The notes beneath the pieces are model-generated. The model saw nothing but the letters and a program-made list of their open reading frames with translations, searched no databases and was not told the origin of the DNA. A DNA stretch of 64,000 nt from an uncultured virus (IMG/VR IMGVR_UViG_3300020045_011964) (lineage: Duplodnaviria; Heunggongvirae; Uroviricota; Caudoviricetes), in the IMG/VR virus record IMGVR_UViG_3300020045_011964. One strand, 5' to 3'. Shown one piece after another: positions 18,455 to 26,664 of this stretch (its first letter is position 1; the number at the start of each line of letters is the position of its first letter). The translations under genes and the position numbers were made by a program.

Positions 18455-18625
18455 ATGGAGAAAGTTACTAAACAAATTAATATTCTGGTCTGGCAGTGTT
18501 ATTGCGTCAGATGTGATACGGTCTGGATTTCCCGAACCGAGAATAAACCAGACCAATGCGCGAAATGCACTCGCCGGAATTGGGAAACAAAAGCACGAAA
18601 ATATAAAAGGAAAAATGGAAGATAA
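18455..18625 (+). CDS. Small zinc-ribbon protein (56 aa, leaderless; not in ORF track)
   Basis: MEKV...C.RC..VW..R...P..C.KC..RNW followed by a basic tail; ATG 7 nt after TATAAT. Confidence 0.75.
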   Translation: MEKVTKQINILVWQCYCVRCDTVWISRTENKPDQCAKCTRRNWETKARKYKRKNGR

Positions 18626-18630
18626 CAAAT

Positions 18631-18664
18631 AAAAAATCCCGCCATTGCTGACGAGATTCTTTTC
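18631..18664. terminator. Intrinsic terminator between convergent genes
   Basis: Minus strand AATCTCGTCA-GCAA-TGGCGGGATT-TTTT (G-U pairs); T-tract also on the + side. Confidence 0.7.
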
Positions 18665-18685
18665 GCGCTTAAGACAGGTTTTGCG

Positions 18686-18889
18686 CTATTTGAGAAATCT
18701 TTCTTTGAATTTGTGAAAGTCCTCTTTTGTCCGGCTTAGTTCGGCTTCTAACCTCGCTATTTCTTTGGCTTGATACTGAATATCCTTCCTATTCTCGGTA
18801 GAAGCAATTCTCATCCCAATAAACACCGAAAGACCGCTTCCAAAAATGGACACAATCACGGCTATGATTTGGATGGGGAAATCAGTCAT
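18686..18889 (-). CDS. Holin/haemolysin-like small membrane protein
   Basis: One N-terminal TM helix plus a coiled coil. Confidence 0.5.
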   Translation of the reverse strand: MTDFPIQIIAVIVSIFGSGLSVFIGMRIASTENRKDIQYQAKEIARLEAELSRTKEDFHKFKERFLK

Positions 18890-19115
18890 TATGTTTCCAG
18901 AATTGGTCAGAACACGCTATTAAAATAAAACCCGTTCCCGTCAAAATAAAAGCGGAAACGGTCGGAAGTGCCATCGGGGTCGCTTTTGGGACCCACGATG
19001 CAAACGGGATGCCGAACGCAAAAAGCAGATCAGATAATCCTAACCAACCGATTGCTGAAACGGCGATCCCTATAAGTGCTATTAAATAGCGTTTTATAAA
19101 TTTATTGTTCCTCAT
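18882..19115 (-). CDS. Two-TM protein resembling the membrane N-terminus of sensor kinases
   Basis: GW......IP..SW.P..TPMA.PT..AFIL.G motif. Confidence 0.5.
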   Translation of the reverse strand: MRNNKFIKRYLIALIGIAVSAIGWLGLSDLLFAFGIPFASWVPKATPMALPTVSAFILTGTGFILIACSDQFWKHND

Positions 19116-19514
19116 TCTTTGAAATATTTTTGAATAACTTTAACAACAAATTGGGTTAGTGATAGTGACGGCAATTCAATAATAAACGCATCGGGCGCGG
19201 TTATAATTTCCAATCCTGCCACAGGTTGCGGTTCGGTTCGGTTGCCTTCGCCCTCGCCTTCGTGTTCTTCTTCGACGTATGTTCCGTCTGGAAGGATAAT
19301 GATTTTGTGGCTCATTTTTTTACACTCCTTTGATAAATCGGATAATCCATTTAAAAGTTGCAATTGGTTTTAGTGGGTTGAAAAACATCCAACCACCGTG
19401 ACCGAAACGATAAGTAAATGGAGTCCAAAACCAACCGAAATCGTAATTATTTGTTGTTCTGAAATATTTTGTTTGCATTTTACCTCCTTCGGTTGTCAGA
19501 CAACCATTAAGTAT

Positions 19515-19892
19515 TTATCTGTTTTCTAAACTTTCTTCAACCATTTGGTTTTGAATTTTCAGGTAATGTTCGGCAATCGGCACATAAGGCTTTTGAATTT
19601 TCTCAACCAAAAATTCTTCTTTACAACTGCCTGCTTTAGCACATTTTATCAATATTTGATTGTGATTTCGTTGTTCAACCAAATTTGTTTCCATAATCGT
19701 TGCGCTCTGCAATAACCCCGAAATCAAAATACTGTAATTCGTTTCCGCCCGGTGCAATGCGTTTTGTTCGGCTCGTGCCAATTGATTTTCAATATTACTT
19801 TGCCTCATCATTTGAAATCCAAACGCTAAAATTGAAAGCAAAAAATACGCCATAAACTGATGTTTGACGCAAAACTGATAGAAATTTTTCAT
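19515..19892 (-). CDS. Membrane-anchored coiled-coil protein
   Basis: N-terminal hydrophobic helix. Confidence 0.6.
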   Translation of the reverse strand: MKNFYQFCVKHQFMAYFLLSILAFGFQMMRQSNIENQLARAEQNALHRAETNYSILISGLLQSATIMETNLVEQRNHNQILIKCAKAGSCKEEFLVEKIQKPYVPIAEHYLKIQNQMVEESLENR

Positions 19893-19919
19893 TGTGGAAG
19901 TTCCTCATTTCTAACATAA

Positions 19920-20210
19920 TTATCTAACCAATTTCGGTCTTTTTCTCTGCGCGATAAAAAGAATAATGGTCGGGAATGAGACGGCTATAATTTCCGGGAC
20001 AATAGAGCTTTGCCCGTAATTTATAATTGACACCGCAACACCAAACATCACAATCAGCACCGCGAAAATTCTGTTGTTCTTAATAAAATTCCAGAACCAG
20101 ATAAACGCAATAAAAATTCCGATGATTGCAAAAATCATTACCGACCAATTCCAATGAAACGGAAGGCTCGTTGTTAAAACCACCAATAAAAAAAACCTAA
20201 TATCTGACAT
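19920..20210 (-). CDS. Small multi-pass membrane protein (holin candidate)
   Basis: 3-4 hydrophobic segments, basic C-terminus. Confidence 0.55.
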   Translation of the reverse strand: MSDIRFFLLVVLTTSLPFHWNWSVMIFAIIGIFIAFIWFWNFIKNNRIFAVLIVMFGVAVSIINYGQSSIVPEIIAVSFPTIILFIAQRKRPKLVR

Positions 20211-20211
20211 C

Positions 20212-20778
20212 TCATTTCACCTGTATTTCTTTTAGAACTCCAATATACCCCTCAAGCTGCCCGTCAACCACAATGGGTTGCGCGTTGGCTGATATTTTAA
20301 CTTCCGTATCGTCCGAATGAACAAATGAATATCTCATAATAAAACCTCTTTTTTGTTGAACTGCCTGATCCCACGCCCGAAACACCCGCTCTTTATCTTC
20401 CTCTTTAAGATTTGTTACCCAACCATCGCCCAAAATGTCTTGCTTATCGAGTCCGATTAGTCTTGCTAACTCGTCTGACGCAAAAACGCATTTACCGTTA
20501 TGGTCGCTCCGCCAAAACGCATCTCCCTGAGCATTAAAAATCGTATCTAAAACTCTTGTCAGCGTTGCGATTTTTTTCTCTAAATGCCGGAACGCCGCCC
20601 GGATTCGCTCGTCCTCGATGTCGTCAATCGTCGGGATTTTAGTCGTCTCAAGTTCCGCTTTTGCTTTCCGGCGTTTTATCCACTCTGTTATCAAAAGAGT
20701 AGCCAATCCGATTATGCCGGTGGCTACTGTGCCTATGACGGCTGACCAATTTTCGTTCTGTGAGGCTTCAAAGACCAT
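20212..20778 (-). CDS. Membrane-anchored stand-alone PAS/PAC-domain protein
   Basis: N-terminal TM; FW.SD.NGKC.FA...ARLIG...DILG.GW..L..ED.ERV..AW...F..RY.F...D...I.A.A.PI...G...GYIG is a clear PAS fold pattern. Confidence 0.85.
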   Translation of the reverse strand: MVFEASQNENWSAVIGTVATGIIGLATLLITEWIKRRKAKAELETTKIPTIDDIEDERIRAAFRHLEKKIATLTRVLDTIFNAQGDAFWRSDHNGKCVFASDELARLIGLDKQDILGDGWVTNLKEEDKERVFRAWDQAVQQKRGFIMRYSFVHSDDTEVKISANAQPIVVDGQLEGYIGVLKEIQVK

Positions 20779-20800
20779 CGTTTCATTTTTTTATCTAAGG

Positions 20801-21052
20801 CTATTTATTTGATGCCGCATTTGTTTTTGTAAATAACAGATTCCACGCACGAATAGCAGTTCGTCTTGTGCCGTATTCCTCTGTTTGTAAATTAGCAAAA
20901 GGACATTCTTGTTTTGAATTTAAGCATCCTACCCTATACCAATCAAGATTTTGTGTTTTTGTTTCCCGATAAATCTGGTCAATATAAACTTCCGACCCGC
21001 AATAGGGGCAAAAGTCTGACAATATTTGTGGTTCTACAAGATTTTTAATCAT
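20801..21052 (-). CDS. Lar-like (restriction alleviation family) zinc-ribbon protein
   Basis: CPYCG...Y.V.C...C...T...AIRAWN. Confidence 0.65.
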   Translation of the reverse strand: MIKNLVEPQILSDFCPYCGSEVYIDQIYRETKTQNLDWYRVGCLNSKQECPFANLQTEEYGTRRTAIRAWNLLFTKTNAASNK

Positions 21053-21261
21053 AAATTATTATCCTGTATAGGTTTAATTAGTAAATCTAAAAAGTTTTTT
21101 GCCCCTTGATTTGCAATTTCGTGCATATCTTTTGCACTAATATATTTTTTCTTTTTCTTTGCACGATACGCTTCGTCTTTAATTGCCATCGCAATATTGG
21201 CTTGATAAGCGTAATAAAGTTCGGGGTCTGTGTTTAATGCGTTTTGTAATTCTTTAATCAT
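21049..21261 (-). CDS. Hypothetical phage protein
   Basis: ORF with RBS; YQANIAMA..D...IAN..A.NFL. Confidence 0.65.
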   Translation of the reverse strand: MIKELQNALNTDPELYYAYQANIAMAIKDEAYRAKKKKKYISAKDMHEIANQGAKNFLDLLIKPIQDNNL

Positions 21262-21558
21262 AATTAAACTATCCTTTTTTATTCTATCTCAAAAAATTCG
21301 TGGCAATATGGACATTCGTATTCATTATGCCAATTCCACCACGTCCAAAATGCAATCGGAATTGCACAACTTAAAAAACCTAAAATGAAAATCGCTATAA
21401 CGTAAATCATTTATTCATCGTCTAAAAAAAACGTGTTAATTGTTATGTGAACGTCCTGCGAAAAAACTTCGTAAAAATAGACCTCGTTTTGATAACCGAA
21501 CATCTGAATCGAAAACAGGTCATCTAAATCATCGTTTTGTGTTGTTTGTTCAATCATT

Positions 21559-21933
21559 TCAGTATCCAAAAGCGATAATTTCGCCGTCCACGTCCTCTCC
21601 GTCCGTGTTCATATAAACGGCTTGGGTGGGAAATATCGTTTCAAATTCAACGTATCCGGCGCGTTCCTCTGCTACACAAACAATTGTTTCGTCCGGCAAA
21701 TCTTTAATTAATTCTTTTAATCGTTTGACGTTCATTTTTTAACACATAACCTTCATCTGAGAGAAATCTAAAAATTCCCCTTCAACACGTTTCCCATTAG
21801 AAGCAATAAAATCTTTATTTTCAACAGTAATAAAGTCAATTTCAACATCGTCACCCGTATTTTCATACCAACTGCAAATTGGCATTTCGTCAGGATAGCT
21901 TTCAATAAATTCTTTTAGTTGTTTGACGTTCAT
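21559..21933 (-). other. Tandem paralogous small genes (21559-21735 and 21739-21933)
   Basis: N-termini MNVKRLKELIKDLPDE and MNVKQLKEFIESYPDE. Confidence 0.65.
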
Positions 21934-21935
21934 AC

Positions 21936-22268
21936 TTAAAACCTAATCGTTAAAATTCCCCAAAGAAACCTTATTTGTCTGCCGGTTTTCTTTTCCAAAA
22001 TCCGAATAAGTTTATCCTGTTCGGCAATCGTTTCTTCACGTTTTTTAATCAACTGAGCATTGACCAAATCAAGTTGTTTTCTGCTTTCAATTTCGGCATT
22101 TTTCGCGGCAATCAAATCGTCTTTGGCTTTGTCAATGTCTAAAAGTTTATTTATGATTTTCGCGGCTTCCGATAATTTATTATTGCAGTCCTCAAGCGTT
22201 GCACATTGTTGGGCATTAACCGAAAGCGCGAAGAAAGCGATAAAAATTGTTGTGATTAAAAGTTTCAT
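21936..22268 (-). CDS. Exported coiled-coil protein, spanin-like outer component
   Basis: Signal peptide, coiled coil, ATGA overlap with the i-spanin-like gene. Confidence 0.5.
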   Translation of the reverse strand: MKLLITTIFIAFFALSVNAQQCATLEDCNNKLSEAAKIINKLLDIDKAKDDLIAAKNAEIESRKQLDLVNAQLIKKREETIAEQDKLIRILEKKTGRQIRFLWGILTIRF

Positions 22269-22642
22269 TGGCACGCCTCCGGGTAAATCTCACAAAATCT
22301 TTTCCGCGCATTTTCGTAGTTTCCGTCAAGTCCATTCAGGTTTCCTTTGCTCGCGTTCTTTAGATTCTGCTCGGCGTTTGCGCTCTGATTCTGCAATTTA
22401 TTGACGTTTTCTTTGATTGTATTCGCTTGGTTGCTCAAAAAATTCCCTTCAATTTTGTCTATCGTAATTTGCTCTTTGAGGTCGTTGATTTTCCGTTCCT
22501 CGCGGTTTGATTGGCAACTACGGATGCCGCCGAACACAATCAAACCTAAAAGAATTAGACCAACTGCGATTGGCACGATTGGAAACATTACGCAAAATCC
22601 GTAAATGTTAGCAATCCAAAGTTTTATTCGTTCAATTGTCAT
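22265..22642 (-). CDS. i-spanin-like protein
   Basis: N-terminal TM helix plus periplasmic coiled coil with terminal Cys pair. Confidence 0.55.
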   Translation of the reverse strand: MTIERIKLWIANIYGFCVMFPIVPIAVGLILLGLIVFGGIRSCQSNREERKINDLKEQITIDKIEGNFLSNQANTIKENVNKLQNQSANAEQNLKNASKGNLNGLDGNYENARKRFCEIYPEACQ

Positions 22643-22869
22643 TTCAAATCCAATAGTTTAATTAACCGCTCTTTTTTCTTACCCAAGCAATTATCACAAA
22701 AGGTAAATGTAATATTTCCGACTGATTCGCCACAATTCAAACATTTATTTCGCATACAAGCGCAATTTCCTGTTATTTCTTTGCAGTTAGGGCATACATT
22801 CAATTCTTGATGATACTCTTTGTTTCTTAACCGAAAATTTTCTTTCGGGTTTGTGCAACTTCCTTTCAT
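22639..22869 (-). CDS. Cys-rich hypothetical protein
   Basis: Multiple CxxC; ATG 22869 overlaps the stop of the HicB-like gene. Confidence 0.6.
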   Translation of the reverse strand: MKGSCTNPKENFRLRNKEYHQELNVCPNCKEITGNCACMRNKCLNCGESVGNITFTFCDNCLGKKKERLIKLLDLK

Positions 22870-23012
22870 TTCAATGACTCCAAAGCAACCAAACACTCTT
22901 TCAAAGCAATAACCGGCGAATCTCCAAACGCCGACACGCCCGGCATCCCTTCAACCTGACAGATAAAAGCGTTGTCCTCGTCTGACCAAAATATCTTAAA
23001 AGTTGGGTTCAT
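22866..23012 (-). CDS. Orphan HicB-like antitoxin N-terminal domain (48 aa; not in ORF track)
   Basis: MNPTFKIFWSDEDNAFICQVEGMPGVSAFGDSPVIALKE matches the HicB partial RNase-H-fold pattern. Confidence 0.75.
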   Translation of the reverse strand: MNPTFKIFWSDEDNAFICQVEGMPGVSAFGDSPVIALKECLVALESLK

Positions 23013-23044
23013 TTTTTTAAAAGTTCCTTCAAGTATTCCAAATC

Positions 23045-23443
23045 TTATTCGCCAATATTTTGCTGACCAAAAATTACATCGTCATCAAACGCTCTTGGTA
23101 TCTGAACGCCATTTTGTAACGCGTCCGAAAATTCATTAAACAAATTTGCCCAAGAGTCAAACCTAATAGTTAATTGAACATCAAAAACATTGGCAATTTT
23201 TCGTAAAGTGCCGATAGATGGAAACCGGGTTGGTGTCATTCGCTCTAATTTAGAAATATTTGATTGTGGAATGCCAGAATAAATTTCAAGGTCTTTCTGT
23301 GTCCATCCTTTTCTAATTCTCATTGATTTTATTTGCTTTGACAGCGTAAAAGCAATCCACGCGCCATTGAACGAATGACGAAATTCTTTATCACTCATTA
23401 ACTCAATAAAGTTATTCATTTTAAGTTCTAAGTTCATATTCAA
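23045..23443 (-). CDS. XRE-family HTH protein
   Basis: QIKSMR..KGWTQKDL...SG..QS.ISKLE...PSI.TL.KIA..FDV.L.IRF. Confidence 0.85.
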   Translation of the reverse strand: MNMNLELKMNNFIELMSDKEFRHSFNGAWIAFTLSKQIKSMRIRKGWTQKDLEIYSGIPQSNISKLERMTPTRFPSIGTLRKIANVFDVQLTIRFDSWANLFNEFSDALQNGVQIPRAFDDDVIFGQQNIGE

Positions 23444-23453
23444 TCAATTGTCA

Positions 23454-23657
23454 TTACGTTAAATAATTCGTTTCCTTGTCTTTCTTTTCAATCACGGGAA
23501 TATCATACCACGCACATTCCGCTTTTATATTTTTAATCGTTTTCAAAACTCCCGCCCGTTGCGTGTATGCCTCGCCGGTAGCAATGATTTTGTTATTTTT
23601 AGCTACGAGGCGAAATCGCCAGTCACCGTTCACATCACGAAAGACGATAAATTTCAT
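23454..23657 (-). CDS. YegP/DUF1508-family protein
   Basis: F.VFRD..G.WRFRL.A.N.KIIA.GE.Y. Confidence 0.85.
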   Translation of the reverse strand: MKFIVFRDVNGDWRFRLVAKNNKIIATGEAYTQRAGVLKTIKNIKAECAWYDIPVIEKKDKETNYLT

Positions 23658-24322
23658 ACGCTTGCAAATAAAACCTCTTGTCTTGGCTGAATAATTTCAG
23701 GCTCAAATAGTTTAGGCTGTTTGATGTGGTCTACAAACCTTTTCTCTTGAGCCTCGAAATAGTCTTTATCAAGTTCACATCCAACGAAATCAAATCCTAA
23801 ATCGTGACACGCTATTCTTGAACTTCCCGAACCTAAATGACTATCAAAAATCGTGTCACCGGGCTTTGCATAGTTTTGGAGTAACCATTTGTAAAGTGCT
23901 ATTGGCTTTTGGGTTGGGTGAATTTTCCCACTCGCATTATTAATCAATTCAAACTTTTTGCAAGATGATTTGAAAGAAGTCCACGCCATTTCAAATTGTG
24001 CGAAAGTTATTTCAGATGAATATTTTTTATCCCACAAAATCCAACAACTAGAATCTTTTGCAAAACGGCTGATAAAGTAGTTCGCACCCCATATAATCTG
24101 GTTATCCGACACTTTAAACAACTCTTGAAAATATTCTTCAGTCGGCGGCTCACTATCCCATTTGACCCGTTTGTGTCCAGAAGGCGCATCATTTATGCGC
24201 CTTCCCATCGAATGATTAATATTAATCCCATAAGGCGGGTCAACTATCGCCAAACTAAAAGATTTATCCGGCAAGCCCTTCATATACTCCAAGCAATCTA
24301 TGTTGTAAGTTTCTGATTTCAC
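23654..24322 (-). CDS. DNA N6-adenine/N4-cytosine methyltransferase (beta class)
   Basis: DPPYG, HPTQKP..L, D.HLGSGS, G.ELD..Y motifs. Confidence 0.92.
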   Translation of the reverse strand: MKSETYNIDCLEYMKGLPDKSFSLAIVDPPYGININHSMGRRINDAPSGHKRVKWDSEPPTEEYFQELFKVSDNQIIWGANYFISRFAKDSSCWILWDKKYSSEITFAQFEMAWTSFKSSCKKFELINNASGKIHPTQKPIALYKWLLQNYAKPGDTIFDSHLGSGSSRIACHDLGFDFVGCELDKDYFEAQEKRFVDHIKQPKLFEPEIIQPRQEVLFASV

Positions 24323-25431
24323 TTCGGTTTTACCTCAATATTGTGCCGTGTCGGGTCGGTATTAATCCACATCGTTATCCACATTGTTATTTGCTTCCAG
24401 AGTTTTTTAAGCATCATTCCGACAATGATTAAACCAATTAAAAGCAATAAATAACCTAGATTGTCCTTTACCAACCCAAAAATAAATGTGCCGATTTCCG
24501 CCGCCGAAATAAAACCCTGACTGATAGCGTCCGTTATCGCTTTAATAACAACTGCCATAAACGTCGGAACAGTTATGCCGTAAAGAGTCATTTTAACGCT
24601 GTCGGATGTTGAGTTTTCTTTGGGTGGTGCATCCTGGATTTTATCTTCGGGAACAAATACGGGTGCCGGAGTTTCGCCGGTTGAAACATTTGTGATATTT
24701 TCGGCAATCTGTGTTGGTTGGTCAGTTGTTGGCGGAGTCTGCGGCGAGTTAGTTTGCACCGTGTTGCCCGTTGTAATAGTTTGAACGGGTGCGAGTCCGC
24801 CGATGGTTTGTGAATCTATGACGGCTGAAACGTTTTCGGGTGTGGTTTCAAACTGATTGCAATCAATATTTTCAAATTTGAATTTATCAAAAGCATTTTT
24901 CATTTTCACGTCATAATTATTGATTTTGTAATTCTTGCCGTTGTAGCCTCGTGCAAATCCCGCCCAATCGCCGCGCCGTAACTCGTCGTCAAGATTGTTA
25001 TGTTCGACAAATCCGCAAAAGGCTTCTAGTTGTTCGCCCTCACTGATTTTCATAGCATCAACAAAATCATTGATTGACCAAAATCCGCAAATAGCATAAT
25101 TGAAACCCATTATTTGAAATTTGCCCCAACTGCAAGAAAGCATTGCCGCTTTTGCGTTTAGTGAAAATGCTTCATTAAATCGGTGATATTCGTTTTCGTT
25201 GCCGAAATATCCGCCGGGATTTTTATTGGAAATTTGCGGGTGTGAGTTGTCATAAATGCCGTTTGTGAATCGGCGGAAATGGTGACGTTCAAATAGTATG
25301 ACAACTCTACCGTCTGAAAGAAAACCTGAGCCTCTGCTTTCCACTTGGGCGACGGCACGAATTTTTGCGACTTCACAATTAAGTCTTTTGGATGCACTAC
25401 ACCAATCAGCCAAAGTCAGTTTTTTGCTCAC
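24319..25431 (-). CDS. Endolysin: N-acetylmuramidase (DUF3380-type) with Pro/Thr linker and C-terminal membrane segments
   Basis: AV..VES.G.GF..GR..ILFERH.F, SCSWG.FQIMGFNY, W..FAR.YNG..Y..N.YD; GTG start with GGAGG RBS. Confidence 0.9.
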   Translation of the reverse strand: MSKKLTLADWCSASKRLNCEVAKIRAVAQVESRGSGFLSDGRVVILFERHHFRRFTNGIYDNSHPQISNKNPGGYFGNENEYHRFNEAFSLNAKAAMLSCSWGKFQIMGFNYAICGFWSINDFVDAMKISEGEQLEAFCGFVEHNNLDDELRRGDWAGFARGYNGKNYKINNYDVKMKNAFDKFKFENIDCNQFETTPENVSAVIDSQTIGGLAPVQTITTGNTVQTNSPQTPPTTDQPTQIAENITNVSTGETPAPVFVPEDKIQDAPPKENSTSDSVKMTLYGITVPTFMAVVIKAITDAISQGFISAAEIGTFIFGLVKDNLGYLLLLIGLIIVGMMLKKLWKQITMWITMWINTDPTRHNIEVKPK

Positions 25432-25469
25432 GCGAACACCTCCGATACATAGGGTTTATTTGGTAATTG

Positions 25470-25556
25470 TGTTAAAATAGAAAATGGCTCACAAGAAAGA
25501 TTGCAACTTTCAGGTAAGCCTAACCACAAACTTTTTATATTAGAGATAAAAAATCT
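25470..25556 (+). promoter_or_regulatory. HNH cassette promoter/leader (copy 1)
   Basis: TGtTAAAAT extended -10, then AAAATGGCT-hairpin-AGCCTAACCA. Confidence 0.6.
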
Positions 25557-26093
25557 ATGGCTATTCTTAATCGTATTCTTCCCCCAATCACGGAGCAACA
25601 AATCAAACGATTTTGGCAAAAAGTTGATATTGGTTTTTCTGACCAATGTTGGGAATGGCAAGGCAGTTTCTTCCATTCTTCGGGCTATGGGCAGTTTGCC
25701 TACCAAAATAATAAAGTTAAACGAAACGCTTTGGCTCACAGAATTGCTTATTTTATTCACTACAAAACCGACCCTGACCAACTCCTTGTTTGTCACACTT
25801 GCGATATTCGAAAATGCATAAACCCAAATCATTTGTTTTTGGGAACCCATTTGGACAATAATCGTGACCGCGATGAAAAAGGTCATACCTACAAAGGCAA
25901 AAACCACCATCTCGCCTTGTTTATCAATCAAGGCGAGAAAAACGGCAGAGCAAAGTTGACCAAAGAAGATGTTATTGAACTGCGACGACTCAGAGAAAAC
26001 GGCGAAAAATGGTTGAGACTTGCAAAAAGATTCAACATCAACCGAAGAACGGTAAAAAATATTGTCAAGCGCGTTCTTTGGAAACATATTTAG
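25557..26093 (+). CDS. HNH homing endonuclease (antisense to operon)
   Basis: RFW.KV...CWEWQG...GYG...AHRIAY...VCH.CD...C.NP.HL.LGT..DN; C-terminal HTH. Confidence 0.92.
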   Translation: MAILNRILPPITEQQIKRFWQKVDIGFSDQCWEWQGSFFHSSGYGQFAYQNNKVKRNALAHRIAYFIHYKTDPDQLLVCHTCDIRKCINPNHLFLGTHLDNNRDRDEKGHTYKGKNHHLALFINQGEKNGRAKLTKEDVIELRRLRENGEKWLRLAKRFNINRRTVKNIVKRVLWKHI

Positions 26094-26216
26094 ACCGCTC
26101 GGCAAAAACCCGCTGCCTGCCGATTCTACAAGCGCAACTGCTTTGATATTTGCCACGCCGCAATTCAACCTGCGAGCGGTTTTGCAGTAGTCCTCATTTG
26201 AAAGTATTTTTCCCAT
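26094..26216 (-). pseudogene. Stub of the original endolysin N-terminus (41 codons)
   Basis: MGKILSNEDYCKTARRLNCGVANIKAVALVESAGSGFLPSG aligns to MSKKLTLADWCSASKRLNCEVAKIRAVAQVESRGSGFLSDG; similarity ends exactly at the HNH stop. Confidence 0.85.
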
Positions 26217-26226
26217 AAATTTTATA

Positions 26227-26623
26227 TTGAACTGCCCCGCCCTATACATCGAGACTCGCAAACTAAACTTCACCAAAGCAGAGCAGTTCAAACTAAATTG
26301 GCGGCTGAAACTGAAAATTAGTTGAAAGTGATTCTGGCAGGAGAAAACTAGAACCTTAATTTATCAAAGGTTTTTCCAATCGCGTCGAGCCGCCAAACTG
26401 TTTATTGCAGTCTGCCCGATCCGCACCTTTAGGCTGATAGCTAACCAGGTCTTTGTCTATCATTTAACGGATTCAGGTGTGAGAACTCTCCAACCTACGG
26501 CTATGTTCTACATTTCAACCCGAACGACTGCAAATTGATTTTCAAAATATCTTGGATGCTTTTCTCAAGGTGCACACAATTAAGAGTGGTCTTCTCTCTT
26601 ACTTTCACTTGAACTCAGCACCC
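26227..26623 (-). ncRNA. Third array of stem-closed RNA units (26227-26291, 26298-26396, 26405-26533, 26554-26623)
   Basis: Closing stems of 7-17 bp, several with minus-strand G-U pairs; boxA-like GATATTTTGAAAATCAA at 26535-26551. Confidence 0.6.
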
Positions 26624-26664
26624 GTTTCCTATTATTTTCCAAAAACTCTTTTTTGGCAAGAGTT

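Noticed and set aside
25432..26093. Group I intron or intein around the HNH genes
   Set aside because: No room or motifs for an intron core, and the downstream gene restarts with a duplicate N-terminus, so splicing is unnecessary
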